From positions 99,253 through 163,252 of the forward strand of contig NMRA01000450.1 in NCBI GenBank assembly GCA_002633005.1: a stretch of 64,000 nt of DNA. Reading direction: 5' to 3'. The notes below the pieces were generated by a model. The model saw only the letters and a list, made by a program, of their open reading frames with translations, did not search any database and had not been told where the DNA came from. A program made the translations under genes and the position numbers. Positions 12,497-24,160 of this stretch are shown here, one piece after another. This DNA is from Phoronis australis (lineage: Eukaryota; Animalia; Phoronida). Position 1 is the first letter of the stretch, and each line of letters opens with the position of its first letter.

Positions 12497-14730
12497 GGCC
12501 AGGTCCACTAGCGCGGCAAAATTCCCTCGACTCAGATCGCATTCTGGAACCCAACGTCGCCGCACGGCAAGTTTTCAACTTGTCAAGTTGCCACTAAAAA
12601 CGCAATTGATCCTAGACTTTCACTTACTTTACGTATTTTTGTCCCAATGGCGAACAGGTACACAAATGGACATACTTTATGTGGTCATGACGCATGCTCA
12701 GATGGAGTTATTCTGATAATTCTCCTCGCGGTGTCGCTGCTGTACTAGTGGTGATTGAATTGCGCATGCGTCGCTGTCTGCATGTAAGCAGCTGGTAATA
12801 AGACGGGATTGTTATCAAAATACGTCGTCGCGCTAAGCCTTAATATTGCTATTTTTCTTGGTGCAAGTCTTCGTCTGGTGGTCACAAATTCCCAAAAAAC
12901 CTAAGGTTACTACAGGCGTGGAGATTTGCGGTTAAAAGGGTCAACTAACTGACAAAACGTGTGTGGATGCCGAAGCCTCAGTTTGTGTTCTATGCCTTCC
13001 ATACATAACGTTACTTGGTAAGTTTTTAGCAACCAGTTCCTGTTGACATCGTTCGGTGATGTTATCCCCACCAGTTACCCCACTGAATAACGGGTTTATT
13101 CAGTGGAACTATGTGTCTCTTTTCGGAAACTCACCCGGGACCCGTATGGTAGGCTAGCAGCACATATTCACATTGTCCTGGGTGGGAGTGCCCCCAATAT
13201 AAGAGGCGTATGGTACGTGACACTCAGAAGACAAGGGTGACTTTTTCACAGCAGTTTCTCTTCAAAACTATGCTATGTCCAATAAAATTCTCTTGGTGAG
13301 TAAGTTTCCTTATTTTATAGCGGACCCCACCCCCAGGACTACCAGATTAGTTACCGAATTAACATGAATAAGCTATTCAGTAAATGTCATAACATTGCAT
13401 TGGAATAAAAGTTGACAATTAGAATGAATTTTATTTGTTGAGATCAGAAACATTTTAAAAATATTCATTGTAATATCACGTTTAGCCTGTTTCTCATATT
13501 TTAATTCAGATCTTAAATAAGACTGGAATACAAAGATCATTAGTTTCTACATATAAACATGAAGATGAAACGTCAAGTATGTCCTGCCTTACAAAAGTAG
13601 TTTTGTCTTGTGTTTTTTTATAATTTGCTAATATTTATCTGACTATTCTGTTACAGGTGAGAGAAAACGACTGAAACCAGCCGCCTGACCGTCTATTTTA
13701 CCTTTGAACAAAGTGAAAAGCAATCCTGCTGCAATAACCTGAGAGAATTGAACCTAATTCAGAAAGTCAGCCCTTGATATGCCCGATTATGGATTCCGTT
13801 GCATTGGGAAAATTACAATTGTTTTTTTTTAAATGATGGATAATCTGTCTGTTGTTTAACAGTAATTACAAATCGTGAGGCACCATAAAGATGCACTTTT
13901 TTCAAAAAATGGCTGTCGTTTGAATTTATAAACGACTTGCAACATTTCAAGGCTATCCAGTCATTGAGAATTCAAAAAGTTTAATATATTTTTATGGGTT
14001 TACAATGGATAGCAAAACAGTTTCATGAAATAAACTTGAAGGAACTTCGTGAAGGTTAAGAATTACCTCACCATTCTCTTTCCCCCAGATACTATTACCT
14101 GTTATTTCCAGACATTCAGTTGCACCAAATTTTACAACCCCAACCCGCTATGCCAACCCCCCGCTAAGGACCTGAATAAGTAAATTAAGAAAACGAGTTA
14201 CATATTGAAAAATACATGTAGCTGTACTTTTTCAAAGGCATTGTTCGTTGTCTCTGATGTATAGAAAGTAGGCTTTGACAACAGATTTGCACTGGATGGG
14301 AAAATCTTGCTGGTTAGCTGCTATCAACTGCTTCAAACCAATGTTTGTCCATTCAGGGGCGGTGCAGAAGCGATGCATATCTCCTCTGCACGGTACAAGC
14401 TAACAAACCTAAAAACCAAAGGTCACGTGGAAACTGACATGATAGATTTCCATTTCAACGTGTAATAGATTTCCGGAAGACATTTGCCATTGGGCTTGGT
14501 TGTAATTTAACGCACCAACCAATATCGAGTTGACAGCATGAACATTCAGCATTGATTGATGTAACTGTCACCGATAAACCTGTTAGAAATCAATCCAAAC
14601 ATTTGTAATACTGCTTTGATGTACGAAAAGATCCCGAGTGCTACGTCAAGTATCGTAACACACATCACAACAAAGATTAACCCGACTGTCGCGAAGTCGA
14701 CATCGGCGAGTACCTCAGTTAACAGGTATC

Positions 14731-14938
14731 AGTAGAATAAACATGGAATAATCGTAAAAACAATCACAAACCCCACCTTTGCATAAGGTCGTGCTTACTT
14801 CCTCTCATAGAAGAACCCTTTTCACGCAATCTCAGATTCAGTTGGCACAGCTGCAAACCATTTCACCATGTATTTAAAGGGCTCTCGAAATCGAGGCTGC
14901 TTAATGTATCACCTCTAGTACACGCGCTCCCTCTTGTA
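14731..14938 (-). repeat. interspersed repeat; high-identity inverted copy at 63797-64000; carries a SAP-like exon
   Basis: Long shared blocks such as CGCAATCTCAGATTCAGTTGGCAC, CCATTTCACCATGTATTTAAAGGGCTC and CGAAATCGAGGCTG. Confidence 0.9.
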
Positions 14939-15204
14939 AATGTGAATTTTCCAAATAGCCCCAATGCTTATTTAAGCATGATAACACTCTGTGGGCATAG
15001 GCGGATTTAGGGGGGCAGGGGGCCCAACCCCCCCCCCCTTGGCTGCCGCAAAACAATAAAACAGCAAGAGCGTAGGGAAATGTTGGGTTTATCAATTAAC
15101 CCCGGTAATTAAAATTATACGGCTGAAACAAGATTTAAATGTGTGCAGTCTTAGTGTTTGGGGGGATCAGATCCAATTTCAAGTGTCAAATTCGGAACAC
15201 GGCG

Positions 15205-15545
15205 CAATCGTAACGGAACTATGGCTAAGTATAGGCCTCCCGCGATATCACAGGCGACCGGCAGTGGCGCTGGGCACTACTACTCCGTTTCCGTCGTCTG
15301 CTCCACTGTGCAATGAAGAAAATTACTTCATTCTTTAAAGAAAATGGAATCTTTGTGATGATGAAAAAACAGAAGCTTCAGGTAAGATGTCAATTTTAAT
15401 CGAAGCCTTGGTGAATCACTCAGAAACTCATAATTCTCTCTTTGTCAAACCTTAACTTAAGACAATTTCCAATGCAATCGCGTCATTATTGCCAACACAA
15501 AAAACGGATTTGGTGTTTTGGGCAATTGAAGACTATTTTAAATAC
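15205..15545 (+). repeat. ~340-bp repeat, inverted copy at ~16507-16860, containing a short ATG-initiated exon
   Basis: AACTATGGCTAAGTA, CCGTCGTCTG, GTGCAATGAA, CAGAAGCT, GGTAAGAT and AATTCTCTCTTTGTCAAAC all present reverse-complemented in 16507-16860. Confidence 0.85.
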
Positions 15546-15670
15546 AATAGTTTTGTTACAAACTGATTGCACAAAATATAAAACATGTAATAAGCATTAC
15601 AAAAAGAAGTTTTCGCTGTGGACCATCAACAAATAGGTCTCTTGGTCTCAATGTAGAAGTTAAATCGTGT

Positions 15671-15724
15671 TGGTGCAGTGGTAAAGCAAGCGCGATCTAT
15701 ACGCCATATCGTGAGTTCGAATCC
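15671..15724 (+). promoter_or_regulatory. tRNA-derived (SINE-like) Pol III internal promoter
   Basis: A-box TGGTGCAGTGG (15671-15681), B-box GAGTTCGAATCC (15713-15724), downstream T-runs (~15752-15772); no complete cloverleaf visible. Confidence 0.5.
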
Positions 15725-16186
15725 GTGGCTCTTGCAGTTGTTCCTGTTTGATTTTTTTTTTTGCCTTTTTTTCTTGAATAATACTTCGGGAATCAAGGAA
15801 AATGCTTCATTTTTAGAGGAAAAAAAACAGAAAAATTTCCTGGGCGGAAGGGTGGCAAACCCCCCTCCCGACCTCCCCCCATTCGGTGCTATGGTCATCT
15901 ACAATCGTGCTTTGAGCAAATGTTTACTGACGAAATGTTGGAGCCCCCCTTGTGATATCCTAGATCCGCCACTAGTGTGTATTAGCATCACCTCCTGAAA
16001 GAAGATTTTATAAATAACCAAATTAATTAATTGTTTTGAAGTATTAAAACAGTTTAACCGCGGTATTGCAGTTGATTTATAAATGGAAAATTCGTAAATT
16101 TGCCAGGATTCACTTCTGGTCAGAGTGTTCGTGCTCTTCAATTGCGCCACCACGCTCCCAGTTAATACACAAAGCTAGGAGACTAC

Positions 16187-16395
16187 ACTCTTTCACGAAA
16201 GGTAGCACAGTATTGTTTAAAATGGCTTCTCATTGGTTCAAGTAATGAGGCCAACTTGCGCACGAGGTGGCGATGTGATCGTAAACTTCCGACCAAGCAT
16301 GTGCATTGATGCTCACACACGGAATTTCGTGTGTCGTTCATCATGTTTCCACAGAGCCACTTTTCAATATAGGCGGCGCCGTTTCAGAAAGTAAG
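16187..16395 (+). repeat. ~410-bp repeat family, copy 2 (internally deleted)
   Basis: Matches ~1681-1760 and ~1962-2092. Confidence 0.75.
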
Positions 16396-16506
16396 AGACT
16401 TACTTGTTTATGGTGTACAGCGCTCGTGCGAAAACCTGCTTCTTAACTTAATGTTTATCACACGTTTTCGATTTTGTGCAACCAGTTCGTAGCAGAAGTT
16501 GCTGGG

Positions 16507-16860
16507 TTTAAAACAGTCTTAAAGTGCCTAAAAGACCAAATCCATTTTTTGTATTGGGTTTAACCACGCGCTTGCTTTGCAAATCTTCTTAGTTTTCATG
16601 TTTGACAAAGAGAGAATTGTGAGTTTATGAATGATTCACTGAGGCTTCAATTAAAATTTATATCTTACCAGCAGCTTCTGTTTCTTCGTCACCACTCAGC
16701 GTCCGTTTCCTTTGAAAAAATGTAGTAATTTTATTCATTGCACAGAGGCGCAGACGACGGAATCGGAGTGGTAGTGCGGAGTGCCACTGCCAGTCGCCTA
16801 GGATATCACGTGCATATCTACTGCGAGCGGCATTACTTAGCCATAGTTACCATTACGGAC
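16507..16860 (-). repeat. inverted copy of the 15205-15545 repeat
   Basis: Shared blocks as listed for 15205-15545. Confidence 0.85.
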
Positions 16861-19800
16861 ACTTAAATCGCGTCTCTACTGCTGAGGCTATCTTCACATT
16901 GTTGCAGTCCATGTAACAAAACTGTTACGTACATGTACAGTGTAAGCAAAGAATGCACGTTTGCGTTCGCGTTTAACGTGTAGCCGAAGCTCTTTGTTGA
17001 ACAAAAGCAACCCAGAGCGAAGATATTCGCCCATCGTCCGCAATATATACAGAAATGAGGAACGTAAATATTTCCGCGGTATGTCAGATGCATCCAAAAT
17101 AATTCAGCATCACTTATGCAAGCTCGCCTCATCAGTAGAGTAGGGCGCAGGATTGTACCAAATTATTAGGTTCGTAGCCCCCCCGGGGGATTTGATCGAA
17201 CCCCCAACGAGGAAGAGGTCCAGCCCTAGCCTATCCGATAGGATAAGGTATTATTTAGATGCACAACAAAATTGTTGTAGCTGCTAGTTCTACTAACCAC
17301 AATCACGAGCAAGTTAATAATAATTTTGAATTTGCTTCCGATGTAAAGCGCTTCACATAAACATCGGGTCGTATCCGGCCTGATCGGTGACTACGTTGAT
17401 GGGCGATTAGACTGAGAAGGCTTTATGTTATTCATCGGCATTGAAAGCGGGTGATCTCTACACCATACAGAAACACGGGAGTCTAGAAGTAAATGTCTAT
17501 GCCTGGCACAAACTACCGGATATATAGCATTGAGAGAGCTCCCCAAAGTAGTGCGGTGTGAATGCCTTAAAATCGAACAAGAAACAAAAGAGCAGAAGAT
17601 GGATTTGTTATTTGCTACTTCGGTGTACTTTCTAGCATAGTATGGATAAAGTGCAAGCATCTTCAAATTTCAAATTGAAAGTGATCGTCAAATATCTTGT
17701 TCATCAAGTGTACACTTTAATTGTGGATTGGTAAATTGACAGGCACGCGTTTATACACGTGTGTGCGTTTCCGTTCTTTTAAATTCAGTACACGCCGACG
17801 GTAAGTTCACTGACTACTGTGTCGTTTCTCAAAAATCAGACATTTATCTACCGCGTTTTCTTGCACTGAAAAATCCCCGAATGTTCATATTATTAGGTAA
17901 GTCTAGACCTAATTAAAACTTTGGTCAATGAAGAAAGTCTTCTCTTGTAAATCAATGTCAATGGTGCACAGCCTCGCAAATTTTTTACCAGCAACAATCT
18001 TGATGGAAAAGATTTCCAAGGTTACTTGTCCGAAGGTTCACTACTCCGAATGTTCGCTACCTTCGAAAGTTCACTACTTCGAATGTCCAAAATTCCGAAA
18101 CTCGGACTGCGACAGTTCATTACTCTGATTTTCTACTAATGATTCGGAACTGACATGAAAAAAGTATTAGTTTGTGTCCTTTTAGTAACCATTTAAATGG
18201 TGTGCAATTGTTCAATAGTCCCAAAAATTTACTTCCGAAATGTAGCTGTCAATGTCTGTTGTCATCTATGAAAGCCGATCATAACATCTTACTCGAAGAC
18301 GTATGGTCGTGGTCATTCACTTCAGAATAGGATGGGACTTACCTTGTACGTGAGATATAGAGGGTTTGTGGCTGTCGTGTGAAGAGGCACAGGGTTATCG
18401 CCGGCGCCCAAGTAGATTGACCATTTCATTCACTTCAAAGGGGGAGAAAAACATTCAATGAATCATTAGTATGATCAGGAAAATCATCCGCAATCTAAGT
18501 AAAAATGGAATGATACAAGTGAAAATGAATGGAACATGGAAAAGCCCGAAAGAATGATGCTCCTGTTCGATTCTTTATTATAAGGAAATGGCCACCAACT
18601 ACGTGACCAAAGGAAAGGGAGAGTAGAATTTAGGGAATTTTTTATTCTAATTAATACAAAGTTTATAAGCCCTTTACGCCATACATTGAAGGTGCAACCA
18701 CTGCTCACGGGCAAACAATTGGACGTTGTTAATTTGCGATTCTTGATCATTCCGCGGTTGTTCAAACAGGCCTTATGTGGTTAAATTTTGCTGGTAAACT
18801 ACTGTAGCACCATTTACATGCTTGGTGGTATTCAGAATTGATGAACTGTAGGTCTTATGGTCATGAGATTGACTGCTACCTTCCTTGTACGATTGGTAAG
18901 AAAATGTGGAAGACATTTTTGACAGAAGACGAGCTAATCGTAAGTTACAGTTAGAAAATGTACGATAGTAAAACTGTTGTATTAATAATTTGCGCACTTT
19001 TAAATTGCAACATTTAAAAAATTAGAGCTTTATTTTGATATAAGCTTACAACATATTTTAAATGATATTGAAACATATTATAAATATTTGCTTTGATTTG
19101 TCATGTACATGCAGAAGACTTAGTGCTACAATTTATTATGTATAACAGACTCTCGTTTCGTGGCACGATGCGATGCTGCTAATTTTTGGCAAAAATCAAA
19201 CGCCATAGGGACTTGATTTCTAACTTGATTTGCGCAATATTATGTTGACCTATAAAAGTGTACTGGTTGATGCTGGCACTAGTCATCTTTGCTCAATTAT
19301 TTGCAAGCTCAAACTCTTATAAAACTGTTGGCTTTATAAGGTAATCCCACCCGCCATTATAAACAAAGATACTGGTAACTATAAAATCTTTGTTATAAAG
19401 GAAACAACAATGCTAGATGTGAATCTCCTTCAACATTAGTGACAAATAAACACCTAGTTCTTGGTGTATTCGGACCATATTTTTCCTCTTCTTTTTAAAG
19501 AAAACCACGTACATCTTGAGGGTATGCAATTTTTATGTATGGCTACTATTCACCAATGCTGCTTATTCGAATGTTTGCAAATAAACGTCTCCGGGAAGCC
19601 TTTTAAGGCTCGTGTAAACCGGTTAGGAGTCCGTCCGATTTGTCAAAAACAACGACCATTTCGATGACGACATTGTTACCTGCTGAACAGTCTAACTATT
19701 ATGCTTAGAATTAGGTGAAACCGTTACCTGGGGTAAATTACGTACTGAATTTGATAGTAATCGTTGTGCTCGATGGAAGTTGAGTAAAATCCGCAGTATA

Positions 19801-20624
19801 ACCTAGGAATAGGTCTATCTATCAGTGTTGTGTCTGAAACTGAGTGTAATGTTATTCTGGTTAGATAGACCCTGTTTGTCACTCGATGGTCGTGGATTGG
19901 ATTTTTACCTGCTGGCAATTTTCAAACTTTGAATTTTAGTTACAAAATTATTCGCGCATTTTCATTGCCAAAAGAAGCGACGACTATCACCAGGGAGTCT
20001 ACACTCTACTAACCAGCTAGCTAGTCCACTTGAGCACAAACCAGTGGATGAGCGATGTCAGCCTCAGGTTGAATGCAGGCAAATTGGGTAGTGTTTGTAG
20101 ACCGAAGGTTGTTGTGAGAAAAGTGAGACCATACAAAATCAAGCGTGGGAGTGGGAGGCAACCAGTTTGATGCCTGTTATTTAGTGGAGAAACCTGGTTC
20201 TCAAATTTCAGGACCCTTGGAGTCGTCATATCATTTTATAGGACAATATACTATGAACGGGACTTCCACAAAGGTAAAGGGGTATGGCCAAAGGCAGATC
20301 AGTAGAAGCATTAACAAAGGTTGGTCAGATTACATCTCAGATGACTGGGTGTAGTTTGTCTTTGAATTATCAGTGGTATAGTTCCGATTGGGTAACTAAA
20401 GGGCTGGGAACAAGGGAAGGTTGGTAAAAGTGCTTGCTTTTATCTTATGTACAAATAAATTTACTTCCCTGTCATTTTAATGTTCATTTTTGCGTCCAAA
20501 GGAGGGGAGCAGGATCCCTGCCCCGTAACCTTAAATCGGGGTCCAATGAAGGTGGAACTCACTCAGAAGAAGGAGAAGATGTTGACTTCAGTTAAAACCC
20601 GTATCGCTTACGAAGATGACGCCC

Positions 20625-21485
20625 AAGCAACAATTTGACATGAATTCCATACTAATGATACTTGGTCTAAATGAAAAGTTGGTCGTTGTGTCAGAAGGCA
20701 GGTTTATATTTACTCTAAATTCCAATAGAGCATAGAGTCTTTACAAGAGCAGAAACGAACCTTTGATGCAGATTGTGAGGATGCAGGTGACCAAGAAGAC
20801 AAGGTCAAGGGTGAACAGCAGCTCTGAATCCCTGCAAGACGACAATAGTGACATTTGTTAGAAGACCTTCAGTTTAAAATTCATTCTGAGGTCCCTTTAC
20901 TGAAAAATCAGACTTGTATTTATGAATTTGAAACAGTGACATTGAATCGGCAGTTTGGGTAATACATGGGCAAATTTAGGGGATACGAGGGGCTCAGGTC
21001 GCATTTTGGACTTGGAATGGGTAACTAGGCAAAATACTGGCTTACAATTATGTTGATGGTTGTAAATCATGGGTTTCATGTGCACACACAATAGGCCTTT
21101 TGAAATTGACATGCAAGTGCAGTGAAAGTAGTTCCTTGTGAAGCCTGTTTGTGGTCATACAACTATCCCGGTTGACCTATGTAAATAAACAAAGGGTTTT
21201 TAGACCTGGCTGAGATAATATTTTTTTTATTACGCCTATGAGTTTTGAATGGCCAACCTGGAATGCTACATTATGGCCAAGATGATAAATTGTTTTTGGG
21301 CAATCACAAGAAGGTCTTTGGAAATCGTGATTGTTCCCCACACCAAAATGATACACAGAAATTCAACCAGCAATTGGAGTTAGATTGTAGTTGTACTTAA
21401 GTTTTAAGCCAGTTGAAAATGTTCACATACGAATTAGGTACTTTAAAACTGTTTTTTGTTCAACTGGATTTCAACTGGACGTCCC
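20625..21485 (+). repeat. interspersed repeat; second copy at ~27590-28120 lacks the ~20955-21320 segment
   Basis: TAAATTCCAATAGAGCATAGAGTCTTTACAAGAGCAGA, GAAACAGTGACATTGAATCG and CCAAAATGATACACAGAA shared between copies. Confidence 0.85.
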
Positions 21486-21554
21486 TGTGCCACTTGAAAA
21501 AGATGGTAACGTAATAATATTAATGGCACTTAATTATAGTCAGTGATCTTTTAT

Positions 21555-22178
21555 CTTTCAGAAAATATATACTTTTACTGGTTGACATAGCCTGTTGTTA
21601 TATATGAGTTAAAGTGGATTTCAGTAAATAAGGTTCGAGGTAACTATTTAATGTGGCATCAATATCCCCACTTAAGGTTATTTCCAACCTTATTTAGTGG
21701 CCTCCATTCTATCACTTATATCAAAAAACTAAGCTTTGTCAACTAGTAAAAGTAAATATTTTCTGAAAGAACAAAGACCACGAAATCTAAATATACTTTT
21801 TGTATTTATTTGTCATTATTATTTTTACGTAAAAAACTTTTTTAAGTAAAAATTTTATTTTTAAGAAAGGTAAATTCATAGCAAAATAACCCCTCGGTCG
21901 ATTTTACCGAAACCTTTTTTAAATGAAAACTTCATCAATTACCTCAAAAACGCTGTTAGGTATTTTTGTCAAAAATTGAAGTCGTATTCGTCTTTGTCAC
22001 ATTACACAAAAACTAAGCTTTTATATCAAAAATCCTAACAGCGTTTTTGAGATTGGTGACTAAATATTAAGTTTAGAAAGTTTCATCGAAATCCATCTAG
22101 AGAACTCATGTTCCTAAGTTTTGGTTAATTATTCTGCGAAAACTTGTTTTCGGTATACATAACCTATATAATCCTTAA
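21555..22178. repeat. cluster of AT-rich inverted repeats (nested MITE relics, TTAA-flanked)
   Basis: CTTTTACTGGTTGACA versus TGTCAACTAGTAAAAG; AAAACGCTGTTAGG versus CCTAACAGCGTTTT; TTAAGG...CCTTAA ends at ~21672 and ~22178. Confidence 0.45.
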
Positions 22179-23587
22179 ATATGTCACCTATTTCAATTTT
22201 TTTTGCAATGGACCAATTTTGCAGTGCGTAACTAACTTAAATATCATTAAAACATCAAATAGACCTATCTTTCGCAGCCAACTTTTGCCGTTTTGTACGA
22301 CCTACTTAGAAAAGTAGGTCACAGTTTATAGCCTGTACACGTCACGTGCTGGGAGACTGATACCAAACCAAGTAAGAAATGGATAACAAAAATTGAATTG
22401 GTGGTTAAAGTAAGTCGTTAACGTGAAATCGAAACATCGAAATGTTAACTTAATAATTGAATTAAGGAATAAGGAGGAGGATTTATCTCTTTTCTCAACT
22501 TTCTGTGTTCATGACCAGACTGAGGCCTGAGGCAACTCGTAGCATTTGTTTTCAACGTCAACGGTCGTATGCATGTAGACCCACAACTCCTTTAGGATAA
22601 AAACTACGTTTTGTATTCGTTTTCCCCGGGACCATTCTCTCATAACCACACCTCGTTGGTTCAGTGTTATGGCAAATTTGTGAATGAAAGGACTGAGGGT
22701 ATACCGAAGCTGTTCTGTACCTGGCGGGAGACTCGGTTTACTTGAAAGCCCTTTAACCTTTGACCTTGGATAAGTGCTAAATAAATATCCACGCGGTTGT
22801 GCGGTTCCAAGGTGGTTCTGCCAAATCTTTTTTTCTCGCTACGCAGTATATAATTCGTATTTGAAGTTCCCCGAGAATGAAGATAAGGTATTTTGCTAGA
22901 CACAAGTGAAATTTTGTAAAAATGGCCAATTTTTGTGAATAAGGTTGGAAATATCCTTAAAAGTGGACTACGATTACTCTGAAAATCTTGGGTACGAAAT
23001 TTAACGCTCTTGTCAAGTTGTTTCTCAATATAAACTAATATAAAATCACTCACGAAAGAGACTTTTGCTTTACCCAAACTAGTATTCTGGTGACAAAAGA
23101 GCAAGTCAGTAGGCCAACGAAGACGAAACGCAATTGATGAGATTCTTGTTTTTTGCATTTTTCTCATCTAATAAATGTTTCCTTTTCATACAGAAAATTG
23201 AGACACATAAGAAAATCGAGGGTACCTGCCAGAGCAGACCCACCTAAAGTAATAAAGCTGGGTTCATCCCTATTAATGGACTCATCCCGGTAGGTCCACC
23301 TACATTTATATATAGCTAGAACACCCCAGTGGGTCAACCTATTTAAACATAATTCCCCGCCCCAACAGGTGGACCGTTCCCAGCCGTTCACAGATAGGAC
23401 TTAGTTCCTCTACATTTATGTAGGTGGACCAGTTAGTGTGGGTACACGTATAGAGGCGGGTTCCTCCCAAATGCTATGCGCGCACCCGCCATGGTTGGTA
23501 GTTTACGCCATGGCAGGTCCACTTGCCCTGACAGATGCTCTTGCTAGATCTATTTATAGATGTAATCCCCCCTTGTTTATGCACGCT

Positions 23588-23731
23588 CAATGTGATATGG
23601 GATTAAGTAATCTTTGAATGTAAAACTAAAACTGGGTGCATGGGAAAATATTTACAATGTGACGAGGGATTAAGTAACCTTTGAATGGGAAACTGAAACT
23701 AGATGCATGGGAAAATATTTACAATGTGACG
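23588..23731. repeat. tandem duplication, 67-bp unit, ~2.1 copies
   Basis: GGGATTAAGTAA at 23599 and 23666; TGCATGGGAAAATATTTACAATGTGACG twice. Confidence 0.9.
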
Positions 23732-23794
23732 AAACCTATACGGAGGTACTAACACACTAGAAGTAGAAATACGTTCAGCAAAACAATTAGTATC

Positions 23795-24160
23795 CTCTGA
23801 CACAGCTCTACTGAAAAGTGGCCCTGTGGAAACATGATGAACGACACACCGAATTCTGTATGTGGGCATCAATACGCATGCCTTGGTCGGAAGAATACTG
23901 ATCACACCGCCATCACGTTATGCTCTGTACTTATTTGGGCTTAAACCACTGGATAAAGGTTCCCATTTTTAATAAAATGTAACTATACAAGTCAAAGTTG
24001 GTCGCCATACTTGGTAGCTGTAAACTGAAAGAGGTTTCCCAGATTTCAATCAATGGGAATGACTGAATGTAAGACGTCAGTTTCATTTCTTTAACTAATG
24101 AGAAGCCATGTTAAACACCATTCGACAGTGTTACCTTTTGTAGAACTGTGAAAGAGAGTA
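23795..24160 (-). repeat. ~410-bp repeat family, copy 3
   Basis: Reverse-complement similarity to 1681-2092 (CTGTGGAAACATGAT, TTGGTCGGAA, GGTTTCCCAGATTTCAA). Confidence 0.8.

Noticed and set aside
15665-15740. Functional tRNA gene
   Set aside because: A and B boxes are present but no acceptor or anticodon stems; treated as a SINE-like head
18490-18960. SRCR-like start (NGMIQVKMNGTW)
   Set aside because: Too short, a stop follows immediately and the conserved Cys pattern is missing
22667-23167. 166-aa minus-strand ORF
   Set aside because: No motifs, splice context or coding-like composition
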